From Nitrospirales bacterium (GTDB taxonomy: Bacteria > Nitrospirota > Nitrospiria > Nitrospirales > UBA8639), in the NCBI GenBank assembly GCA_965217975.1, contig OZ244578.1, positions 597,690 to 661,689 on the forward strand: 64,000 bases of DNA, written 5' to 3'. Position 1 is the stretch's first letter. Each line of letters starts with the position of its first letter. The notes under the pieces were generated by a model that was not told where the DNA came from, did not search any database, and was given only the letters and a program-made list of their open reading frames with translations. The position numbers and the translations under genes are program-made. This document shows positions 8,399-20,300 of this stretch, in pieces.

Positions 8399-11300
8399 AT
8401 GAACCATCAAGCCATCACACCCCCCATACCCATGCCAAAACATCCACTCGCCACACGCCTCAAAATCCTCCTCCCCGCGCTCATGCTCGTTGCGCTGGCA
8501 AGTGCGGAAACCAGCGCGCAAGCCCCGCCACCCACGCTCGACCTGGAACCCACCGGCGTACCGGTGGATATCAGCAACACCGCCACGCTGACCATCACCG
8601 ATAACGATAGCGAGCTAGTCGTCAACTCGGTCGGCTACTATGCCGATGAGGCGGCGACCCTCCCCATCATCGAGGGGGCCATCAACACGCATATCTATAT
8701 GGTCATTGAGTTCAACTCGGATGTACAACATGTGAATACCGTGGACGATGTCACTCTCCAGACCAGTGAGAGAGTGACAGGGCAACCGGGGATCCTCGTG
8801 CGGCATCAAAGCGTCATCCCCGGAGTCATCCCCCCCATAGTGAGGATCCCCATCCGCGCAGACAACACCGCATTCCCGAATTTGGTCAGTGCGTGCCGCG
8901 CCAGATTCGCCGGTGACACCAGCGAATACCTCTGCCAGGTCTTCTTGCGGGAGGGGAGTTTCGGCACGGGGGCGTTACGGCTTGTGGTGGAAGCGGGCGG
9001 GACCAGCAACACCGCCGGCAACACGCTGGCCGCGGACTACGTGGATGAAGACGAAGACGGAGGCGGTGGCGTGACGGTGGTGGATCCGCAGGATCCGCCG
9101 ACCGTGCTGTCCATCACGCATTACTCGGACGCCGCCCGCAGCACAGCCGCAGAAATCAGCGACACGGATACGGTGAGAGGCGGCACGATCTACTCGGTGA
9201 TTCAATTCGCCGGGTTGCCTATCGCCAGTTCGGAATTCTTCTACCAGATTGGCCCCGACGCCGCCGATCGGGTGCGGTTTGGCGATGATGCCCCCACCGG
9301 CGACACACCACCGCAAAACGGAACCTGCGCGCTCCTTGAGCGCGGCACCGGCCTGGCGGCGGCGAATCAGTCGTTCTGGTGCCGCTACAACCTCCGGTTA
9401 AGCGACGCCGGCGCCGGCGACTATCAAGTCATCGTCGGCACCGGCACCACGGATACCGCCGGGGAACCTCTGGCCGACCCATTCCCCAGCGCCAGCGTGA
9501 CGCTCGACGTGGAGACCGGCACCGCGACCTTGAGCATCGCGGCTGTTGACGTGGACGAAGGCGCCGGCACGGCGACCGTCAGCGTGACGGTGGATGACGC
9601 GGTCACCGGCGGGTTCAGCGTGGACGCCATGACCGACGACGGCACCGCCACCGCCCCCGGCGACTACACCGCCGTCTCCGGCCAAACCCTGTCCTTCACC
9701 GGCACCGCCGCCCCCGAGACCCTGTCCTTCACCGTGACCATCATTGACGACCCCCTCTACGAAGGTGGCACAAGCGGCGTCCCCGAAACCGTGGCGGTCT
9801 CGTTAGGCAACCTGCAAAACAACGCGACCGACGTGGATATCAGCAGCGCCGCCGCCACCATCAGCATCAGAGACAACGACTACGAAGTGGCGCTGACCAT
9901 GGAAGACGTCAGCGTGAGCGAAGGTGTCGGCAGCACGGCGACCGTCATCGTGAGTGTGGATACCAGGGTGCCGGGCGCGTTCAGCGTAGAGGCGTCCACC
10001 GCCGACGGCACCGCCACCGCCTCCGGCGACTACACCATCGTCTCCGACCAGGTCCTGTCCTTCACCGGCGAGGCCGGCGAGATGCAGACCTTCAGCGTGC
10101 CCATCGCCAACGACAGCATGCAGGAATTCCCGGAAACCCTGACGGTGTCGTTGAGCAACCTGCAAGTCACCACGGACACCGCCACCACGGCGGGCACGCT
10201 GCGGCCCGTCAGCGCGACCATCACCATCATGGATGACGACATAGACACCGGAGACATCAACCTGCACCTGCTGTTCCCGGTCACGTTCAATGGCAAAACC
10301 TATCGTTATCTGGATAACAATGGGGACGGCTTAGCTGATGCCGGGGATCTTGTCTCGCATATCGCCCTGGATAACTTACTCAACGGCGGCAGCGATACCA
10401 TGGATACCCAGACCACCCGGCTCGGCGGGCACAATGGGCAGGATGACGCACGCGCGGTGATTGTCGGTGATATGATCGTGATTTTACCCACTCTGGCAGA
10501 ATTGAAGGCGTTGCGCAGCAGCCAACCCAACACCTCACCTCTCAATTGGCGGCGTCCGACCAATCCTCTAGAGGGGTACTGGACATCCACCCGCTCAACG
10601 AACGGACATTCCTATTATAGATTTTCTGATGAGGTGGTTGCTGATAGGACCGATATCGGTCACAATTACGTGGCTTTTCAGGTACGGACTCTCCCGACGT
10701 TTAGCGCCGGCATCGCCGACCAGGCCTACACGGTCGGCCAGACGGTCGCGCTGACGCTGCCCAAAGCCGGCGGCGGTGTCGGCACGCTAACCTACACGCT
10801 GACGCGCGACGATGGCTCGCCGGTGTTGCCGCTCGGGCTGACCTTTGACGACATGGCGCGCACCATCAGCGGCGCGTCAACTGTGGTGTTCGGCGGGATC
10901 GACGGCGCCAGCATGCGCTACACCGCCACAGACGCCATCGGCGCCGTCCGGGACATCGTCTTTGTGTTGCGGGTGGCCGCCGCTCCGGCCCTGGTCGCCA
11001 TTGCCGAACAGACCTACACCGCCACCACCGTCGTCAACCTGACGCTGCCGGTCTCCACCACCGGCGCCACCCCGTTGACCTACACACTGACGCCGTCCGC
11101 GTCCATCCCGGCCGGGCTGACCTTTGACGCCGCCATGCGCACCCTCACAGGCACACCGACCACGGCCACCGCCGCCGGCACCCTGACCTACGCCGTCACA
11201 GACGCGAACGGCGTGGCCGCCAGCCAGACCTTTATGGTGACGGTCAACGCGATGTTGAGCATCGCCAATGTAGAAGTGGGCGAAGGAGACGGCACCGCCA

Positions 11301-14300
11301 TCGTCACCGTGAGTGTGGATATTATGGTGCCCGGCGGGTTCAGCGTGGACATATCAACCATGGACGACACCGCCATCGCCGACGAAGACTACACCGCCGT
11401 CATCCGCCAAACGCTGGCCTTCACCGGCGAGACCGCCGAGACTCACACCGTCAGCATCGCCATCACCAATGACAAGGCGGTGGAAGGGCCGGAAACGCTG
11501 ACGCTGTTGTTGACCGACCTGGATGGCACGACCGCGCCGGTGGTGATCGGCAATCCCGCCATGGTCACCATTACCGACGACGACACCGCAGTGTTGACCA
11601 TCCTGAGTACCTCCTCCGGCGAAAGCACCAGCAGCCTGGCCCTGGATATCTTCGTCTCCGTGATTTTGGGCGATGCGGTTCCCGGCGGCTTCACGGTGTT
11701 GTTTGAGACCGCTGACGACACCGCCACCGCTGGCGAAGATTACACCGCCGTCTCCCGGATCCTGACCTTTGAAGGCACCGCTGACGAGCTACACCGAGTG
11801 AGCATACCCGTCCTGCCTGACGATGTGCCGGAACGCGCCGAGAGCTTCACGGTGTCATTGCGCGACCTTGACAACACGCAAGCGGATGTGGATATCAGCG
11901 CCACCGCCACGCCCACCATTCGCGTGAGCGACGGCGGCATCGTGGGATTTGGAGACGCCGTCATTGCCGACCAGGTCTATGTCGCCAACACGATCATCAC
12001 GCCCTTGACCCTGCCCGAACCCATCGCCGCCGATTTCACTGGCACGCCGTTCTACACCCTGACACCGGCCTCAACCATCCCGCCCGGGCTAAGCTTTGAC
12101 GCGGCCACGCACACGCTAAGCGACATGCCGACCGCGACCACGACCACACCCGTCACCCTGATCTACACCGCCAGCAACTCCGGCACGTCCGCGAGCCTGA
12201 CCTTCAGCATCACGGTGGTCGCCATCGGCGTGGGGTCGGTGACGCACTACTCGGACGCCGCCGCCGCCACGCCCATCACCGATCTGGTGTCAAGCGGCGA
12301 GATCTATTCGGTGGTGGTGTTCGGCGCCAATGTGAGCAATGAGAACGCGACGGATACGACCGCCCGGCCGGCCATCGCCTACACCCTCGGCAACGATACC
12401 CCAGTGCAATTTGGCATTGTCGCGCATGACGCCGTGCTGGCAAACGGCAACTGCCGGGCTGCATTGGCCACCGACACCAGCCGCTACACCTGCCACTACA
12501 GCGTCGCAGACAGCGGCCCGAACGTGGCGGCCAATGACCCGGGCGCCTATACCCTGTCGGTGCTTGATGTCACCACAGACGAGGTGAGCAGCATGGCCCT
12601 TGATGCCTACGATGCGGATGCCGGCGTCACCATTGGCGTGCGCCCGGAGCTGCGGTCGGTGACGTACTATGCGGACAGCGAGGCGACCATGGAACTCACC
12701 GAGAATGCGGTGATTGGCAGCGCGGTCTATGCGGTGCTTGAGTTTAGCGAGAATATGGACAACATCAACGGCGTGGCCGGGTCGCTGGATATGGACGGGC
12801 TGCCGACTCTGGGTGTGTGGACAGCCAACCCCATCGGGTTCAACGGCGAGTCTCTGGTGTCCCACGTCATCCTGGCGCACAACGCCAGGCTTCGTCACGA
12901 TACGTGCCAGGCCGAATCCGCCGAGGTCACCAGCCGATATCTCTGCCGGACCAATTTGGCTCTGGCTCAAGACTATGTCCGGTTTGTGGTGAAACAGGAT
13001 GCGCGCGACCTGGCCGGAAACACGCTGGCGATGGAAGTTCAGACGGACAACTTCCCCCTGATAAACCCTCTGCCGCCGGAGGTGCGTTCAATCATGCATT
13101 ATGCGGATTCCGCAAGGACGAAGCCCATTCGCGACGGGGACGTGGTGTCGGGCGGGGATATCTACTCGGTGATTCAATTCAGCGGCTTGACGGTGCCCGG
13201 AAGCAGCCTGGAAGTCTTCTACAAACTCGGGTCGGCGATGCGGATGCCGTTTAGCATCAACCTCACCACACAGGAGGACAGAACCTGCAACCGCCCCGGA
13301 GATGGTGGCTCCAACCCGTTTTTAGACCCGCAGTGGCAATGCCGCTATTCGGTTGGCGCGGCGGACGATGGCCGGTATCAAGTCATTGTCGGCGCGGGTA
13401 CCCAGGACACGCTGGGGCAACCCCTGGGTGCCGACTCCACCGTGGATAGCGGCGTGATCATCAGCGCCTTGAGGTTTGCCGCCGATGCAGACATTGCCGA
13501 CCAGACCTACACCGCCGGCACGGCCATCACCCCCTTGCCCCTGCCGCAAGCCACCGGCGGCGTCGCCCCGCTGACCTATCGCCTGACACCGACCGCATCC
13601 ATCCCGGCCGGGCTAAGCTTTGACGCCGCCGCGGGCACCCTTGAAGGCAGACCGGCCACGTCAACCGCCGCCGTCGCCCTGACCTACGTCGTCACAGACG
13701 CGAACGGCGTGACCACCAGCCAGACCTTTCTGGTGACGGTCAGCGCGGTGTTGAGCATCGCCGATGTCGTGGTGGACGAAGGAGTCGGCATAGCCATCGT
13801 CACCGTGCGTTTGGATCATGCGGTGCCCGGCGGGTTCATGGTGGATGCCTTGCTCCTGGATGTCAGCGCCACCGCCGTCGCCGACTACACCGCCGACGTC
13901 AGCCGGACGCTGACCTTTGCCGGCACCGCCGGCGAGCCTCAAACCTTCAGCGTGACCATTGTGGACGACGCTCTTGACGAAGACGACGAGACCGTGACGC
14001 TGTCGCTGGACAACCTGGAAGGCAACAGCGTACCGGTGGATATCAGCGACACCGCCACGCTGACCATCACCGATAACGATAGCGGGCTGACCGTCACCTC
14101 GGTCGGCTACTTTGCCGATGAGGCGGCCGCCATCACCGGGGCGGCGACCACCGTCATCACCGAAGCGGCCATCGGCACACATGTTTATATGGTCATTCAG
14201 TTCAGCGAGAATGTGCAAAATGTGAATACCGTGGACGGTCTCAATATCCCTTCCAGTGAAAGAAGGACAGGGCAACCGGCGATCTTCGTGCGGCATCTGG

Positions 14301-17300
14301 GAGTCGTCCCCTTCTCCAGCATCCTGAATTCGAGGCTCCCCATCCACGCACACAACACCGCGTTCCAGAATGGAGTCAATGCGTGCCGCGTCATACCCTC
14401 CAGTGGCACCAGCGCATACCTCTGCCAGGTCTTCTTGCCCCCCGAGATTGTCGCCCCGGGGACGCCGTTACAGGTTGTGTTGGCAGCGGGCGCGGCCAGC
14501 ACCAGCGCCGGCAACACACTGGCCGTGGAGCACGTGGACACCGGCATTGGGGTGGTGGACACGCCCGCGGCGCCGGTGCCTTCCATCACGCATTACTCGG
14601 ACGCCGACCGCAGCACAGCAATCAGCGGCACGGTGACAGGCGGCACGATCTACTCGGTGATTGAATTCGCCGGGTTGATTATCGCCAGTCAGGAAATCTT
14701 CTACCAAATTGGCGACGCCGCCGCCGAGCGGGTGCAGTTTGGCGTTCATACCCCCGGCGACACGCCGGAAAACGGAACCTGCGCGCTGATTGCTGGTGAC
14801 TACAGCATGGTGCCGGCGAATCAGTCGTTCTTGTGCCGCTACAACACCAGATCCGGCGACACCGGCACCGGCGACACCAGCACCACCTATCACGTCATCG
14901 TCGGCACCGGCACCACTGATACCGCCGGGCAAACGGCCGCCGAATTCACCAGCAGCGTGACGCTCAACGTGACGACCGGCACCGCGACCTTGAGCATCAT
15001 GGATGTCGAAGTGGACGAAGACGCCGGCACGGCGACCGTCAGCGTGACGGTGGATGACGCCGTCATGAGCGGGTTCAGCGTGGACGCCATGACCGTAGAT
15101 GACGCTGGCACCGCCACCGACGGCGAAGACTACACCGCCGTCTCCGGCCAAACCCTGTCCTTCGCCGGCACCTTCGACGGCGAGACCCTGTCCTTCACCG
15201 TGCCCATCATTGACGACGCCCTCTACGAAGGCGGCGAAAGCGGCGACGTCAAGGAGACCGTGGTGGTCTCATTAGTCAACCCGCAAAACGCGACCAACGT
15301 GGATAGCAGCAACACCGCCACCATCCGCATCACCGACAACGAGTACCAAGTGGCGCTGACCATGGAAGACTTCAGCGTGAACGAAAACACCGGCACGGCG
15401 ACCGTCAGCGTGAGTCTGGAGACGGCGGTGGACAACCCGTTCAGCGTGGAGGCTTCCACCACCGACGGCACTGCCACCGCCCCCGGTGACTACACCGCCA
15501 TCCCCAGCCAGATCCTGTCCTTCACCGGGACCACCGCCAGCGAGATACAGACCTTCAGCGTGACCATTATCAACGACTCCATGCGGGAATTCCCGGAAAC
15601 CCTGACGGTGTCGTTGAGCAACCTGGACGTCCCCACGGACACCGCCACCACGGTGGGCACGTTGCGGCCCGTCAGCGCGACCATCACCATCATGGATAAC
15701 GACATCAACACCAGAGGCATCAACCTGAACCTGATTTTCCCGGTCACGGCTGAGGGCAAAACCTATTTTTATCTGGATCAAAATGGGAATGGCATCGCTG
15801 ATATCGGGGATGTTGTCACGCATATCGCCCTGGATAACTTACTCAACAACGGGATCGATACCGATGTTACCCAGGACCGCATGCACAATGGGCAGGATGA
15901 CGCACGCTCGGTGATTGTCGGTGATAGAGTCGTGATTTTACCCACTGTGGCAGAATTGACGGCGTTGCGCAGTAGCCAATCCAACACCGCACCTCTCGCT
16001 TGGCCGAATCCGTCTTCTGGGGGGGAGTACTGGACAGCCAACCTCGCTGGAACAGTATCCCATGTCCATTCCGACTATAGCTTTTCTAATGGAATGGATA
16101 CTGGGCTGGTTGATAGCATCCTGAATTACGTAGCGTTTCAGGTACGAACTCTCCCGACGTTTAGCGCCGGCATCGCCGACCAGACCTACACGGTCGGCCA
16201 GCCGGTTGCGCTGACGTTGCCCGACGCCGCCGGCGGTGTCGGCACGTTAAGCTACACGCTGACGCGCGACGATGGGGCGCCGGTGCTGCCAGCCGGGCTG
16301 TCCTTTGACCGGGTGGCGCGCACCATCAACGGCACGCCGAGCGAGCCGTTCGGCGATACCGCCGGCGCCCGCATGCGCTACACCGCCACAGACGCCACCG
16401 GCGCCGTCCGGGACATCGTCTTCAGGTTGCGGGTAGCCGCCGCTCCGGCCATTGGCGCCATTGCCGACCAGAACTACACCGCCGACATTGACGTCAACCT
16501 GACGCTGCCGGTCACCGGCGGCATCGCCCCGCTGACCTACACCCTGACGCCGACCGCGTCCATCCCGGCCGGGCTAAGCTTTGACGGCGCGCGCACCCTG
16601 GCCGGCACACCGACCACGGCAACCGCCGCCGTCGCCCTGACCTACGTCGTCACAGACGCGAACGGCGTGGCCGCCAGCCAGACCTTTATGGTGACGGTCA
16701 GCGCGGTGTTGAGCATCACCGATGTCGAGGTGGGCGAAGGAGACGGCCCGGCCACCGTCACCGTGCGGTTGGAGCATGATGTGCCCGGCGGGTTCATGGT
16801 GGAGGCCTTTCTCCTGGGTGTCAGCGCCACCGCCGGCGCCGACTACATCGCCGACGTCAGCCGGACGCTGACCTTTGACGGCGCCGCCGGCGATCAAACC
16901 TTCAGCGTGACCATTGTGGATGACGCGCTTGACGAAGACGACAGCGAGACCGTGACGCTGTCGCTGGACAACCTGGAAGGCACCGGCGTACCGGTGGATA
17001 TCAGCGACACCGCCACGCTGACCATCACCGATAACGATAGCGGGCTGACCGTCACCTCGGTCGGCTACTTTGCCGATGCCTCGGAGGCCCTCACTATCAG
17101 CCAGGCGGCCATCGGGTCGTCCATTTATATCGTCGTTGAGTTCAGCGAGAATGTGGAACAGGTGAATACCGTGTTCAATGAAGGAGTGATAGGGCGACCG
17201 ACGATCCGCGTGCGGAGTTACCGCCTCGGCTTCGGCGCCGGCATCGTTGATGAGAGGATCCCCATCCGCGCAGACAACGCCGCGTTCCCGAATGAAGCCA

Positions 17301-20300
17301 ATGCGTGCCGCACTCAAGTCGCCGGTGACACCAGCGCATACCTCTGCCAGGTCTTCTTGCACCCCGTGCTTACTGGCACGGATGCACCGTTACAGGTTGT
17401 GTTGACAGCGGGCGCGGCCAGCACCAGCGCCGGCAACACACTGGCCGTGGAGCACGTGGACACCGGCATTGCCGTGGTGGACACGCCCGCGGCGCCGGCC
17501 GTGATGTCCATCACGCATTACTCGGACGCCGACATCGAAACAGCCACGGAAATCAGCGGCACGGTGACAGGCGGCACGATCTACTCGGTGATTCAATTCA
17601 CCGGGTTGCCTCTCGTCAGTCCGGAAATTTTCTACCAAATCGGTACGGCCGCACGGGTGCAGTTTGGCGGTCATCCCTCCGGCGACACGCCGGAAAACGG
17701 AACCTGCGCGCTCCTTGATAGCGGCACCGGCCTGGCGTTGGCGAATCAGTCGTTCTTGTGCCGCTACAACACCAGAACCGCCGACACCGGCACCACCTAT
17801 CAGGTCATCGTCGGCACCGGCACCACGGATACCGCCAGGCAACCGCTGGACCCCGAATTCGCCAGCAGCGTGATGCTCGACGTGACGACCGGCACCGCGA
17901 CCTTGAGCATCGCGGATGTTGAGGTGAACGAAGGCGCCGGCACGGCGACCGTCAGCGTGACGGTGGATGACGCGGTCACCGGCGGGTTCAGCGTGGACGC
18001 CATGACCGCAGACAGCACTGGCACCGCCACCGCCGGCGAAGATTACACCGCCGTCACCCAGACCCTGTCCTTCGCCGGCACCTTCGCCGGCGAGACCCTG
18101 TCCTTCACCGTGACCATCATTGACGACGCCCTCTACGAAGGCGGCGAAAGCGGCGACCTCAAGGAGACCGTGGCGGTCTCGTTAGGCACCCCGGTAGGCA
18201 ACACGGAAGGCACGGCCGTGTCGGTGGATAGCAGCGCCACCGCCACCATCAGCATCACCGACAACGAATACTTAGTGGTGCTGACCATGGAAGACTTCAG
18301 CGTGAACGAAAACGCCGGCATGGCGACCGTCAGCGTGAGTCTGGAGACTGCGGTGCCGGACGCGTTCAGCGTGGTCGCGTCCACCGAAGACGGCACCGGC
18401 ATCGGCATCGCCACCGCCGACGAAGACTACACCGCCATCTCCGGCCAGATCCTGTCCTTCGCCGGCACCTTCGCCGGCGAGAGACAGACCTTCAGCGTGA
18501 CCATCCCCCCCGGCGACACCACGCCGGAATTCCCGGAAACCCTGACGGTGTCGTTGAGCAACCTGGACGTCCCCACGGACACCGCCACCAGGGTGGGCAT
18601 GTTGCGGCCCGTCAGCGCGACCATCACCATCATGGATGACGACATAGACACCGGAGACATCAACCTGAACCTGTTGTTCCCGGTCACGGTTGAGGGCAAA
18701 ACCTATTTTTATCTGGATCAAAATGGGAATGGCAGGGCTGATGTCGAGGATATTGTCACGCATATCGCCCTGAATCGCTTACTCAACGGCGGCAGCGCGA
18801 CCGAGGCGACCCAGGACGGCGTGCACAATGGGCAGGATGACGCACGCTCGGTGATTGTCGGTGATACGACCTTGATTTTACCCACTGTGGAAGAATTGAC
18901 GATGTTGCGTAGCCTCCAATCCAACACCGCACCCGCACATTGGCAGAATCCGTCTCTCGGGGGGGAATACTGGACAGCCAACGTTAATATGGATCTAACA
19001 GACAGTTTTGGTGCTCCGCAATTCTTTTTCGACTATGGATTTTCTGATGGAATGGCTACTGAAGTGAACCGTCTAAACTTCAATTACGTGGCGTTTCAGG
19101 TACGCACTCTCCCGACGTTTAGCGCCGGCATCGCCACCCCCCAGACCTACACGGTCGGCCAGACGGTCACGCTGCCACTGCCCGACGCCGCCGGCGGTGT
19201 CGGCACGCTAAGCTACACGCTGACGCGCGACGATGGCTCGCCGAGGCTGCCGGCCGGGCTGTCCTTTGACCCGGTGGCGCGCACCATCAGCGGCATGCCG
19301 GGCGAGCCGTTCGGCGATACCGCCGGCGCCCGCCTGCGCTACACCGCCACAGACACCACCGGCGCCGTCCGGGACATCCTCTTTGTGTTGCGGGTAGCCG
19401 CCGCCCCGGCCCTGGTCGCCATTGACGACCAGAACTACACCGCCAACACCGCCGTCAACCTGACGCTACCGGCCGCCACCGGCGGCATCGCCCCGCTGAC
19501 CTACACCCTGACGCCGACCGCGTCCCTCCCGACCGATCTGGTCTTTGACGCCGCCGAGCTCACCCTCAAAGGCATACCACCGGCCACGGCAACCGACGCC
19601 GTCACCCTGACCTACACCGTCACAGACGCCAACGGCTTCACGGCCGAGCAGACCTTCACGCTGGAGGTGTTCAGCGCGCCGACCATCGCCGATACCGTCC
19701 CCGACCAGATTTATACCGTCGGCCAGCCGGTCGCGCTGATGCTCCCCGAAGCCACCGCCGGCGCGCCCCTGCTGACCTACACCCTGACGCGCATTGATGG
19801 CGGCACGCCGCTGTTGCCGGACGGGCTGACCTTTGACGCCACGGCGCGGACCATCAGTGACGCACCGAAAGCGACGTTCAGCGCCAGCGCCGGCGTCGGC
19901 GTCGGCCTGCTCTACACCGTCACAGACACCAACGGCGTCGTCGCGTCCACCGACTTCACTCTGCTCGTCAACGCTGCGGTGACCTTTAACACCAGCGTCA
20001 TTCCCGCGCCCGATTCGGCCTATACCTACCCCCTCAACACGGCCATCACCACCTTGACCCTGCCGCCAGCCACCGGCGGCACCGGCGTACTGACCTACAC
20101 CCTGACGCCGACCGATTCCATCCCGGGCGAGCTGACCTTTGACGCCGGCGCGCTCACCCTTGCCGGTATGCCGACCATGGTCACCGCCGCCGTCGCCCTG
20201 ACCTACGCCGCCACCGATGCCAACGACGTGGCCGCCACCCTGACCTTTACGGTCGCGGTGGTGGACCGCCCGGCTGTGACCATCACCGACAGCATCGCCA

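Noticed and set aside
8558-19660. Highly regular repeated DNA that could be mistaken for a repeat array or a CRISPR-like structure.
   Set aside because: The repeats are kilobase-scale, in frame and entirely inside one ORF. There is no short repeat-spacer periodicity.
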